Origin: Octopus bimaculoides
Lineage: Eukaryota
Length of the DNA stretch: 39,332 nucleotides
Direction: 5' to 3'
Assembly: GCF_001194135.2 (NCBI RefSeq)
Contig: NC_068982.1
Span: 17,243,342 to 17,282,673 of the forward strand
Shown in pieces: positions 11,941 through 23,725 of the stretch; position 1 is the first letter of the stretch, and each line of letters begins with the position of its first letter. The position numbers were made by a program, and so were the translations under genes. The notes under the pieces are model-generated. The model was not told the DNA's origin, did no database searches, and saw only the letters and a program-made list of their open reading frames with translations.

Positions 11941-12104
11941 TATGAGATGGAGCATGGAAAACAGATGTTAAATGATGATGATCACTGAATGATTAAAATT
12001 AATTCTTGGATTAAATATGAAATTATTCTGTATTTTAACTGCTGGAATTATGTATATACAACTATACATACAGTGTTTAGTCAAATTACAATCTCACAGT
12101 TGAT

Positions 12105-12289
12105 TGTAATTCAAAGGGTCAGCCTTGTCACACTGTGTCACGCTGAATATCCCCAAGAACTACGTTAAGGGTACACGTGTCTGTGGAGTGCTCAGCCACT
12201 TGCACGTTAATCTCACGAGCAGGCTGTTCCGTTGATTGGATCAACTGGAACCCTCGACGCCGTAAGCGACAGAGTGCCAACAACAACAA
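12105..12289 (+). mobile_element. SINE family D, 3' half
   Basis: Matches 8440-8622 (tgtaattcaaagggtcagccttgtcacac...gagtgccaacaacaac). Confidence 0.85.
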
Positions 12290-12297
12290 TATATGTG

Positions 12298-12529
12298 TGT
12301 CATTGTCTCCATGTCTTGACATCACGTGATGGTTGTAAGTGAGTGTCATTGTCTTACAAGCAGTGTCATCCATTTCCAATCTTCCATAAAAACATGTCTG
12401 GGCCATGGAGAAATATTAACTTACTTGGAAATAGGAAAGGCATCTGACTGTAGAAAATCTGCCTCAATAAATTCCATCCAGCTCATGCAAGCATGGGAAA
12501 GTGGAAATTAAAACAACAATGACGATGAT
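12298..12529 (+). mobile_element. SINE family F with RTE-type tail
   Basis: Ends ggcatctgactgtagaaaatctgcctcaataaattccatccagctcatgcaagcatgggaaagtggaaattaaaac...gatga; reverse complement of 4264-4470 and 6685-6910. Confidence 0.7.
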
Positions 12530-12867
12530 TTCAGTGAGTAATTACTAACTGACTAACTGGTGAGCTAGTGCAATATTTTTCATGAGAGTGTGTGGATGTG
12601 TGTAGGGGTTGTGAGTATTCAACTTGTCCAGTACCATGGGGGAAAATAGCAAAACTATATGGATGCAAGCTTTGTCTTCTCAGTAATAATAGGGAAAGAG
12701 TGGAGAATTTTTCTTTTGTTTTTGTGGGGCTGGTGCTTGTTCTTTTGAGGACCACTGAACTAGTGTGTGTATGTGTTGTGTGTAATAACATAATTTCACA
12801 TTGTATCTGAAAATCATGTCATGCATTCTTGTAAGATAGAAAACTATTTTTGTAAAATACTGGCTGA

Positions 12868-13105
12868 CTTCTCGAGGTTGTTGTTGAGTCCCGGGTTAGC
12901 CCTGATGTAACAGGCTCGATATGATCAAAGTTTTTTTCAGTTGTGACCTTTATATCGTTTTTTTTTTTTTGGAAATCAGACACAGTGTATCAAATTCTTC
13001 ATTATTGAGTATGCCCCTCCCTTGCTTCTTTTAAAATGGTAAGGATGTGATTTGAAAGAGCTTTGATTACTATTTATAGCAGGTTGAACAACTATGAAGA
13101 GGCTT
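12868..13105 (+). repeat. Unclassified interspersed repeat (family G), degraded
   Basis: The motifs ggttagccctgat...gatcaaag and gtgatttga-agag-tttg-tactatt-tagcaggt recur at about 700-725 (-), 5560-5720, 20385-20455 (-), 23030-23075 and 30370-30390 (-). Confidence 0.5.
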
Positions 13106-14662
13106 CCTCAGTGACTTGCATTTTTGGAAGTGTTATGCCCAAGTGAATAAGGAACTAGGCTACTGATTCATAGGTCTTTGAGTTCAAAGCTGATGTGGGT
13201 ATTTCATTGCTCCTGTTAGAATCCCTTTTGATACCAACCCCCTTGAATCTGCTCCTGGTTCTATGAAACAAGCTCCCTGTTTTACAATTATCTAAACCTT
13301 CCATCAAAATTTCATGCTAATTTATGACAAAGTTATTTTACTAAATTCTTTGTTATTTTCAAAATTAGTTGAAATGAAAGCAGTGCATTTCAACAGAAAT
13401 ACGGTAACAAAAGGGTTAGGTTTGATCTGTCACAACTCATGTGTCACTCCTACCATAGAGAATTGGTGTCTGTTTGTTTTTTCTTATGAATATTTACCAG
13501 GAACAGGTTTGTTTTCTCAACTACCTTGGATTTTAATATGCTGTTTTATGCAATTTGCAGAAAGATTAAAAACTAAAATAATTTTTTTTTTTAAAATTAC
13601 ATTCTCATCTCTTGTCATCATTCACACCTATATTTCATCTTTGACGATCCTGCCATTTTTCTTCTATTTCATAGTTTAGTTAGGAGGAAGGAGCAGTGTT
13701 TACTACCTTCACAACCCTGTCCCCACTCAAGTTTTTGCTATATTTGGAGTAATGTCTTATATACCAGGATAATGAGAGTGGGGTAGTGGGGTACATTGTA
13801 TCTGGGCCTAAGAACTCTCTGGGTTTACAGAAAATATTTGTACATTTTGGAAGACTAGCATTCACATTTCAGGAAGAAAGGACCCCAAAAGAAACTTTGA
13901 AATCTTAATAGAATTCTTCTCAGCGGGCCTGCACACACAAACACACACACATTTCATATGTATCTTATTAAACTTGAATTCATCCATTTTTAAAGCAAAA
14001 TTTTTTTCTCATGAATTTTAAAAAAATAATGTTAACAAAATAACGTTCATACATTTTTCAATAAGATGTTTACTTTTCTACAACTTTCTATTTGTTTTTA
14101 AAATTGAAATTTGTTCCTTCTGTTTTCAAATTTAATAATAACCATTGTTACACACAGTTCTGTTCCTGAAGCTTATTTCTGACAACTCCATCTAACAACA
14201 TCATGTCTTGGGTTATGCACAGGCTGCAAAGACGGTTGTGGCAGCGTTCCAAACAAATTGAGGTAATCCTGTATTGGCACCATAGCTGCCTTTTACTGTT
14301 TGTTGGAAAGAACCAAGCTAGCAGCACACACTGCATTTGTTTGCACATCCCTTTCACCAGGTTGTCAAAGACCAATACATGATCCCTTGAAGCACTCTGA
14401 AATTTAATAGCTGGACATCAAGAACTTTGAATCTCATTGTTGTTTGTCTCCCGTATCCCGACACAATTCTCCATTCACTACCAAAATGCAAATCTCTATT
14501 TTTTCCCTTTTTTTAATGTGTTAAAATTATGAACTTTTTACTCATTGTATTTTCTAATGAATCGTTGTTTTTGTTGTTGTTGATACCATTTGTCATTTAG
14601 CCTCAGGTCAAATGATTGCACAGACCTTTAATCAGAGATGTTAAAATATTTAAGGTATAAAT

Positions 14663-14990
14663 CAGTGGTTCTCAACCTGGGTCCATATGGCCCCTAAGGG
14701 TCCATATAAGATTCTTGGGGGTCCACACAACAAAGTTTACTTAGGATCCACAATAGTATTTAAGGTCCTCTACAAAAATTTTGCTTTAGATGTGTGTATT
14801 GGTGTTTATTGCTAGAAATAGTGAGGTTTTGTTCTCTAACATTTTAGTGAATGTGTCAAGAACAAAATAAGAATTTTGAAAGGAGTTTCCATAAAACTAG
14901 TTTCTAAACATCAAATGGTTATGTGGGGTCCACCATAGTAAAATATTACTCAAAGGGATCCATAGATAAAAAAATGGTTGAGAACCCCTG
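14663..14990. mobile_element. hAT MITE with 8-bp TSD
   Basis: TIRs CAGTGGTTCTCAACC / GGTTGAGAACCCCTG; TSD GTATAAAT (14655-14662) / GTATAAGT (14991-14998). Confidence 0.85.
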
Positions 14991-17608
14991 GTATAAGTTA
15001 AGTAAAAGCATTTCCATTAATTTCAGTTGCTTGACCAACTGAATTAGCATGTAAGTGACTAAGCATTCTACAAACACACATAATGTTAATGCAACCCTCA
15101 GATAGAATCTGCATAACCCAGTGTGAGACAGGATAGTACCTTTGAATTACAGGTATGATCTATTTGGTGGCCTTCTGCAAATCAAACACTGTACCAAGCC
15201 CACCTTGTTTGGAAACAGGTGAGGATTGGTGACAGGAAGGGCTTACCTGTGTACAAAATCTTCCTTAACAAATAAATTCTGTCTGCCCCATGCAGGTACG
15301 AAAAAATGGATGTTAAAAACGATGATGGTAATGAATATGCAAACATACATAACTTTTGAGTATGCATTTGGACAATATTTTCAAATGGGAAAGTTCATTA
15401 TCTTAACTCCATTGTTGGTACTAAATTTAGTTACACTGTGAAGATAAAACATTACAGTGTTAATAACTTCTAGTTGAAATGTCTGTTGTCTGTACAAGAG
15501 TGCTAGAGCCTTCTGGAAAGTTTAAAGTTTAATTCTGAATTATCAAAAAATTATTCTGTCCACATTTATTATAGCTAATATTATTATTATTATTTTTCAG
15601 TTAACTTTCTTAAACAGCATTATTATGTCATATGAAATTGGGAATTTGGATTTGTATGTGTCGCATTCCTAACATTGACACCTGTCAGTTCCCTCCCAGA
15701 TTTTTGCAACTGCAGTCAGGAATTGTTGGATATAAATGGCATTCTTTTGCTATCAACAACACGGAAGTCAGCACTACAAGTGAAAAGTGGCAATACTTTC
15801 AACAAACAATGGGGTCCCTTTGTTCTACCTTCTAGAAATAGCAACAAATTATCTTTTAAATCACTTTGTACTATTTTGAAAAAGGGAAGGACTCGTTAGC
15901 CAATGTACTCCTGGTCACCTCTAAACAGAAGAGATAGTCATTGGTTTTCTCAGTCAGGGCTGACTTGGGACTATTCAGAAATAGCTGCTATATTACATAA
16001 AAAATTGCATTTAAATCATGTTGTATTATATTTCTTGTGAAGACGAAATTTTAATCTAAAATGTTAAACATCCTCTTTGCTGTGTTTCTAATCATTAGTG
16101 AGCACCTTAGAGCTGGTTCTGATTTCCATTTAAAACCATTTCATTTTAATTATCCTACTAACATCTTCAAGAAAGCTATGAACATTATAACTTCTAATTT
16201 CCATCACTTCTAAAATACAAGGACCTAGTCATTAGCTTTCTTCTTCAGATCCAAAATGTTATCAAGCAACCACATAGAGGCCCTTTCCCTTGGCTCATTT
16301 TTTTCTAATGCAGCCCATATGTCCTGAAGCTGTATACGTGGAAGGACTTAAATTCAGCACTACAAGTTAAAAGAAATCCACACCAGTTGTACAGCTTTGA
16401 GCTGTATCTCACCTTGGTGGTTGTTTAAAGGTAGGCAGGATCTACCATTCAGGAGTTTAAGTGCCTGTAGCATGACACATCATAGACTAATGATATTTAT
16501 AAACAAAGCTCTCTGTTTGCTTAAACCAGCTGCAAAGTTATGAAATTCAAGACAACTATTATACAAGATGTTGATAAAAGAAAAAAAAAAAAGAAAAAAT
16601 AAGCAAGCAAACAAACACAATGTAGAAGTGGCAATTTTTTTAATTTTTTTATTATTCTGAAGAATCAGAACAGAATTAATTATCTTATCTATTAAGCTTT
16701 GGTGAATCATTCATTATCAGTGCTATTTAATATGATAAATGTTTGCTTAATTTAAAGTAATTTATCTATTTATTTATTTATTTATTTTTTTCTTAACTAA
16801 TGTTATACTTTCCCAGGTGTTTTCTAATTAGAAATGAAATGCTTTTAATATTTTGTTATAAAACAAGAGCACTCAGAGAGCGCAAACCTCCACCAAGGCA
16901 ACACTAACGTCCTCACAGTGATTANNNNNNNNNNNNNNNNNNNNNNNNNNNNNNNNNNNNNNNNNNNNNNNNNNNNNNNNNNNNNNNNNNNNNNNNNNNN
17001 NNNNNNNNNNNNNNNNNNNNNNNNNNNNNNNNNNNNNNNNNNNNNNNNNNNNNNNNNNNNNNNNNNNNNNNNNNNNNNNNNNNNNNNNNNNNNNNNNNNN
17101 NNNNNNNNNNNNNNNNNNNNNNNNNNNNNNNNNNNNNNNNNNNNNNNNNNNNNNNNNNNNNNNNNNNNNNNNNNNNNNNNNNNNNNNNNNNNNNNNNNNN
17201 NNNNNNNNNNNNNNNNNNNNNNNNNNNNNNNNNNNNNNNNNNNNNNNNNNNNNNNNNNNNNNNNNNNNNNNNNNNNNNNNNNNNNNNNNNNNNNNNNNNN
17301 NNNNNNNNNNNNNNNNNNNNNNNNNNNNNNNNNNNNNNNNNNNNNNNNNNNNNNNNNNNNNNNNNNNNNNNNNNNNNNNNNNNNNNNNNNNNNNNNNNNN
17401 NNNNNNNNNNNNNNNNNNNNNNNNNNNNNNNNNNNNNNNNNNNNNNNNNNNNNNNNNNNNNNNNNNNNNNNNNNNNNNNNNNNNNNNNNNNNNNNNNNNN
17501 NNNNNNNNNNNNNNNNNNNNNNNNNNNNNNNNNNNNNNNNNNNNNNNNNNNNNNNNNNNNNNNNNNNNNNNNNNNNNNNNNNNNNNNNNNNNNNNNNNNN
17601 NNNNNNNN

Positions 17609-17659
<51 letters not shown>

Positions 17660-17691
17660 GTATGTATGTATATATATATGTATATACATAT

Positions 17692-17830
17692 ACACGGCAG
17701 GTTTCAAATCCACTCACAAAGCTGTGGTCAGCCTGAGGCTAGAGTAGAGGACACTTGCCCAAGGTGTCATGCAATGGGACTAAACCCGGAACTATGTGTT
17801 TGAGAAGCAGGCTTCTAACCATACAGCCAC
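17692..17830 (-). mobile_element. tRNA-derived SINE family C, degraded 5' part
   Basis: aaatccactcacaaagc...gacacttgcccaaggtg...gggactaaacccggaac; reverse complement of the family C head. Confidence 0.75.
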
Positions 17831-18248
17831 CATATGTGGTGGAATCGTTAGTGTCCTAATACTACAAGGCATTTAATTACATCCCAAGATCATTGTGAAT
17901 AGAAATGTTACCAAGGTCAAACTTTATCTTGTATCTCTCCAGAGCTCATTAGCACTCATAACTAATTGTGACTAATTCAGTTTACTATGCCCTTTCTCCC
18001 TTTTCTCTTGCCAATGAGGAAGTCTATGTGTGGTCACTAAAACTCTTAAAAACAACAGTCAAATCTCCCTCTAGATAATGGAGGACATTATGCCTATAAA
18101 TAACAAAAAAAAAAAAAGAAAAAGAAAAAATATGATGTGATCATGGATGGAATATCTTTGGTTATAGGTCAGCTTCCCCAGGACTGATGTGGGACAAAAT
18201 AGCAACAATAATACTCCTTTTTCTGAAAATTTGTCTGACCAAAATTTG

Positions 18249-19444
18249 ATCATCATCATCATCGTTTAACGTCCGCTTTCCATGCTAGCATGGGTTGGAC
18301 GATTTGACTGAGGACTGGTGAAACCGGATGGCAACACCAGGCTCCAGTCTGATTTGGCAGAGTTTCTACAGCTGGATGCCCTTCCTAACGCCAACCACTC
18401 AGAGAGTGTAGTGGGTGCTTTTACGTGTCACCCGCACGAAAACGGCCACGCTCGAAATGGTGTCTTTTATGTGCCNNNNNNNNNNNNNNNNNNNNNNNNN
18501 NNNNNNNNNNNNNNNNNNNNNNNNNNNNNNNNNNNNNNNNNNNNNNNNNNNNNNNNNNNNNNNNNNNNNNNNNNNNNNNNNNNNNNNNNNNNNNNNNNNN
18601 NNNNNNNNNNNNNNNNNNNNNNNNNNNNNNNNNNNNNNNNNNNNNNNNNNNNNNNNNNNNNNNNNNNNNNNNNNNNNNNNNNNNNNNNNNNNNNNNNNNN
18701 NNNNNNNNNNNNNNNNNNNNNNNNNNNNNNNNNNNNNNNNNNNNNNNNNNNNNNNNNNNNNNNNNNNNNNNNNNNNNNNNNNNNNNNNNNNNNNNNNNNN
18801 NNNNNNNNNNNNNNNNNNNNNNNNNNNNNNNNNNNNNNNNNNNNNNNNNNNNNNNNNNNNNNNNNNNNNNNNNNNNNNNNNNNNNNNNNNNNNNNNNNNN
18901 NNNNNNNNNNNNNNNNNNNNNNNNNNNNNNNNNNNNNNNNNNNNNNNNNNNNNNNNNNNNNNNNNNNNNNNNNNNNNNNNNNNNNNNNNNNNNNNNNNNN
19001 NNNNNNNNNNNNNNNNNNNNNNNNNNNNNNNNNNNNNNNNNNNNNNNNNNNNNNNNNNNNNNNNNNNNNNNNNNNNNNNNNNNNNNNNNNNNNNNNCTCT
19101 CAAGATACTTACACTCTGACGGGTATTCACATTGACATTACACATCCAACGGAGCATACTGGCTTCATTCCTTGCAAGCTTACGTATGTCCTCAGCAGTT
19201 ACAGCCCATGTTTCACTGCCATGTAGCATGGTTGTTCGTACGCATGCGTCATACAGTCTGCCTTTTACTCTGAGTGAGAGTCCCTTTGTCGCCAGCAGGG
19301 GTAAGAGCTCTCTAAACTTTGCCCAGGCTATTCTTATTCTAGCAGCTACACTTTCAGCGCACCCACCCCCACTACTAACTTGGTCGCCCAGATAGCGGAA
19401 GCTATCGACTACCTCTAGTTTTTCACCCTGGAATGAGATAGAAA
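18249..19444 (-). mobile_element. 5'-truncated RTE-clade LINE (C-terminal RT region of ORF2, gap, 3' UTR, (GAT)n tail)
   Basis: 19444-19097 reads without a stop: ISISFQGEKLEVVDSFRYLGDQVSSGGGCAESVAARIRIAWAKFRELLPLLATKGLSLRVKGRLYDACVRTTMLHGSETWAVTAEDIRKLARNEASMLRWMCNV, the typical RTE FxYLG...LxGSETW...MLRW region. The 3' UTR at 18249-18475 lies across the gap. Confidence 0.9.
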
Positions 19445-19471
19445 TGATAGTTATGATTATTATTATTATGA

Positions 19472-19602
19472 GGAAAGTAATGAGCTGGTAGAATCGTTAG
19501 CATGCTAGACTAAATGCTTAGTGGTATGTCACTCATTTGCGCATTCTGAGTTCAAATTTTGCCCAGAGCCACTTTGCCTTTCATCCTTTCAGGGTCAGTA
19601 AA
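19472..19602 (+). mobile_element. tRNA-derived SINE family B, degraded
   Basis: gagctggtagaatcgttagcatg...ttctgagttcaaattt...ctttgcctttcatcctttc; matches 25049-25279. Confidence 0.8.
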
Positions 19603-19673
19603 TGATGATGATAATGATGATCTTAGGGTAGAAATAGTACTCTGACTGAATACCTTGGTGTTGCAGCATTTTT

Positions 19674-20061
19674 GTTGTTGTTGTTGGCACTCCGTCGCTT
19701 ACGACGTCGAGGGTTCCAGTTGATCTGATCAACGGAACAGCCTGCTCGTGAAATTAACGTGCAAGTGGCTGAGCAATCCACAGACATGTGTACCCTTAAC
19801 GTAGTTCTTGGGGATATTCAGCATGACACAGTGTGACAAAGCTGACCCTTTGAGTTACAGGCACAGCAGAAACAGGAAGTAAGAGTGAGAGAAAGTTGCG
19901 GTGGAAGAGTGGAGCTGGGTTCACCACCATTCCTTGCCGGAGCCTCATGGAGCTTTAGGTGTTTTCACTCAATAAACACTCACAACGCCCGGTCTGGGAA
20001 TCGAAACCACGATCCTATGACAGCAAGTCTGCTGCCCTAACCACTGGGCCATTGCGCCTCC
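19674..20061 (-). mobile_element. Full-length tRNA-derived SINE family D
   Basis: Reverse complement of 8240-8622; approximate TSD gcagcattt / gcagtattt. Confidence 0.85.
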
Positions 20062-20755
20062 ACGCAGTATTTATTCCATTGCAGCATTTATTCACATATT
20101 AACTAGGGTCTAACATGTGTAATACAGTGAACTGAAAAAGACTTAGATTAGTTGAGATTATCTGTGCAAAATTAATCGATAAAATTCCCTCTGTGCAAAA
20201 ATGCAAAAAAAAAAAAAAAAAGTAGTAATAACAATAAAAGGAATTATTATAAATAAGATGAATTAATTGAAATTTTTAGACAATTTAGAAAATTCAGACA
20301 ATTGTTGATCTGGTCTTTAAAAACCAACCAGTGAAAGTATTGTTTACATTATTAAGCCTAAAAAAAATGGGGTGGTTTCAAATAGAGCCTTTTGGTTATA
20401 GGTCTGCATCATCAGGGCTGACCTGAACTAGGGCTAGACAACTACAACAACAGTTTTTAATCAACCAAAGTGTTAATAGTCCACCACCTTATCACCACTC
20501 AATCATTTTGCCATCTGTTATAAATAGCCCCAAATATTTTCATCTTTTATTTTTCCTAGTAACTTGCTGGTCATTGTTAAATTGTTGTTTTTTTCTGTTA
20601 ATAAACCAGTCAAATGTGAATTGAGATTTGGTTAATATTATTAGCTTCTCATTTCGTTTTGGTTAACTTTACTCTGAATTGCCTGTGTTTTTTATCCCTC
20701 CCCCCACATCCCCCGTGTTCTTACGATTTACATTAATTTTCCTTTCTTTCTTCAG

Positions 20756-20834
20756 ATTGCACCTAATCTTACATTGCAAGAAGAATTTATTCATCATTGG
20801 AAAGCCATAACTAATTATTTCATAGAAAACAAAG
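20756..20834 (+). CDS. FHIP2: FHIP2/FAM160B-like protein, second coding exon ([26 protein letters not shown] + G)
   Basis: Acceptor ttttcctttctttcttcag|ATT; 79 nt; phase-1 donor AAAG|GTAATG. Matches recalled human [26 protein letters not shown]. Confidence 0.95.
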
Positions 20835-20918
20835 GTAATGAAACAAAAAAAAAACATTGCTTTTTTTTGTTAATTCTTCCTTGAAAACAGCCTCTTTATT
20901 ATATTAGAGCTGGTTTAA

Positions 20919-21465
20919 CCCTTTAACATTCAAATTACTCCATCAAATGTAATGCTTATTTATTAATATTATTTTGAATTAATCATACATTATCTCATAG
21001 CTTTGAAATTTTGATGATTTCATCATCATCATCATCGTTTAAAGTCCGCTTTCCATGCTAGCATGGGTTGGACGATTTGACTGAGGACTGGTGAACTAAA
21101 TGGCTGCACCAGGCACCAATCTGATCTGGCAGAGTTTCTACAGCTGGATGCCCTTCCTAACGCCAACCACTCCGAGAGTGTAGTGGGTACTTTTACGTGT
21201 CACCGGCACGAAGGCCAGTCAGCCGGTACTGGCAACGGCCACGCTCAAAATGGTGTACTTTACGTGCCACCTGCACAGGAGCCAGTCCAGCGGCACTGGC
21301 AACGATCTCGCTCGAATGTCTTTACATGTGCCAGAAAGGCGACACTGGGTTGTATATTTTTTGAATGACTTTGTAGAATAGGTGTGAGGCCAGATCTGGC
21401 TAGTTTGAACATAAAAACAGGTTAACATATTTTGGCCTGATATGACCAGTTTAAATGCTAAAGGG
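20919..21465. mobile_element. TTAA-targeting (piggyBac-like) MITE interrupted by an RTE 3' fragment
   Basis: TTAA|CCCTTTAACATT ... AATGCTAAAGGG|TTAA (TSDs at 20915-20918 and 21466-21469; 12-bp TIR with one mismatch). Confidence 0.8.
21021..21349 (-). mobile_element. RTE family A 3' UTR fragment nested in the TTAA MITE
   Basis: (CAT)n tail plus the family A sequence. Confidence 0.85.
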
Positions 21466-21894
21466 TTAAATAATTCATTTGTGAAATTTGCGTTTGTATT
21501 TGTGAACTTTTGTGTTTTCTGTTCTGATCATTTCCAAGATAATGTAAACGTATTCCCTCATGTATTCCTCTATGGCAGTTGAAACTGCTGTTAGAGTGCC
21601 AGACCTTCGTTGTATCTCCATAACTGACAAGGAAGTCTGATGCCTCCTTTGCACATAACTAGAAATTTCCTAGTTGTTGGTGTATGTATTCAATAAAAAA
21701 AAAAAAGATGCATGGATATTATGTGCATAATGTTGTTGGTACATGTATTCAGTAAAAAATGTGTTTATATTGTGTGCATAATGCATAATGAACATGTTTG
21801 ACATTGTGTGGTACATTTACGTTTTCATCATCTTTATCCCTTTTGTTGTTTCTGTGTAGTCCCACATTAACTCTGTTTTAGCAGATATAGCCTT

Positions 21895-22790
21895 CATCAT
21901 CATCATTAAACATCTATTTTTCATGCTGGCATGGGTTGGATGCTTTGACAGGAGCTGGCAAAGCTAGGAGATGCTCCAAGTTACATAGTTAGTTTTGGCA
22001 TGGTTTCTTCAGCTGGATGCCCTTCCTAATGCCAACCACTTTACAGAGTGTACTAGGTGCTTTTTATGTGGCACCAGCACCAGTGCTTTTTACCTGATAC
22101 CATCACCAGTGCTTTTTACCTGATACCATCACCAGTGCTTTTAATGTTGCACCATCACCAGTGCTTTTATGTTGCACCATCATCAATGCTATTTATGTGG
22201 AACCAGTACCAACAGGATCACCAGACATGTCTGTTTTATTCATGATGGCATAGGTTGGCTAGTTCTACACCATTGCAAATTAGCATTTTTCTTAGTCCTC
22301 TATCACCTCTTCTGGTGAGTTTCCAAGTCCTGAGATCTGACCCCAGCATAACTTTTCATGTTACTCTTAATCTCAGTCAAGAGTATCTTGCAATCAACAT
22401 GTTTTTACCCAGCATGTCTCGCCCATTCCCATTATATGTTCATACCATTGTTTCTGCCTCTTGATTGCATATATCAGCTTTGTCCCTGTCACAACATGCA
22501 TGTTCCTATTGTACGTCTAATCCTCCTCATTTCCTCTCCAGCATCTCCAGATCTGCGTTCAATGATTTTGTCTCATTACCATGCTGTAGCACATCCCTTT
22601 CGCATGAATTCTCAGAGTCCACCTGTTGCACATAGCGAAAGAGCCTTTGTTGCTAACAGAGGTAACATCTCCCTGAACTTTTACCTCATTTTTTTACTCT
22701 AACTGTTATATTTTCCTAATAACCTTCACATCATTAAAATCACCTCCATCATTGAGTAACCACATCATCTTGGTTACACTGTAACTGGAA
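21895..22790 (-). mobile_element. Older degraded RTE LINE 3' fragment (ORF2 relic + 3' UTR with a 25-26 bp minisatellite)
   Basis: Minus-strand relic KFREMLPLLATKALSL*...QHGNET aligns with the intact copy at 19444-19097. It is contiguous, without a gap, with a diverged family A-like tail; tandem unit gtgctttttacctgataccatcacca at about 22068-22200. Confidence 0.75.
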
Positions 22791-23344
22791 AAAAACATGG
22801 GATTGTCATGGCTAGAACATATTAAATCAAAGCCTTGTTCTATATAAGCTGGCTTAGGGCTAAATAACAAAAGCTTAAAACATGTAGTGAGGCTCTTCTT
22901 CGTGAGTTTTCTTACTGCTTGCTATTCTCACATATTTAATGCATCTGAAAGCTCTTCTCTGTCAATCTGCCAAATATTCCTGTCACACAAGTTTTTTTTT
23001 TTTTTTTTTGATAATTTTATAGGGAGTTCTCAGTTGAGCAGATCTTTGATCAAAAGCATTCCAGCCATGATCATCCTGTTTTCTCAGAAATAATATCTAG
23101 GCCTGCACTATCTAATCATCATCATCATCATCATCATAATTCCTTTTTCCATGCTGGCAAGGGTGGGATGGTTTAACAGGAGCTGCAGTATAGGAATGGT
23201 CATATTTTTGCTGTAGTTCATGTGATTGACTAAAACCTCCTAAATTGCTGGCCTTGTTGCTTAATTAGAGATTATTAATTAGAACAATAAATTGGCAGAA
23301 TCTTGTGAGCGTTTGGCAAAATACCTTGCTTTATTTTGTCTTCT

Positions 23345-23725
23345 ATTTTTAACTTGTTTCAGTCATTAGACTGTGGCCATGCTGGGGCACCACCTTAAAG
23401 AATTTTAGTTGGACGAATCAACCCCAGTACTTATTATTTTTTGTAAAGCCTGGTACTTATTTTATTGGTTTCTTTTGCTGAACTGCTAAGTTACAGGGAT
23501 GTAAACACACCAACACTGGTTTTCAAGCAGTGATGGGGAGAGAACCACACAAATGCACACGCGCGATGGGCTTCTTTAATTTTCTATCTACCAAATCCAC
23601 TCACAACGCTTTTGTTGGCCCAAGGCTATAGTAGAAAATACTTGCCCAAAGTGCCACACAGTGGGACTGAACCCAGAATCATGTAGTCAGGAAGCAAACT
23701 GCTTACCACCCAGCTACACTTGTAC
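23345..23725 (-). mobile_element. tRNA-derived SINE family C, near full length, degraded
   Basis: ttgtttcagtcattagactgtggccatgctggggcaccacc...aaatccactcacaacgc...cttgcccaaagtgccac. Confidence 0.75.

Noticed and set aside
13740-13830. Minus-strand RVLRPRYNVPHYPTLIILV resembling thioredoxin/PDI YPTL
   Set aside because: A stop follows within a few codons and there is no CxxC exon nearby; the match is too short.
15640-15840. Minus-strand frame with TGA-only stops and Cys residues (possible selenoprotein)
   Set aside because: No recognisable selenoprotein homology, start or SECIS; two TGA stops are expected by chance.
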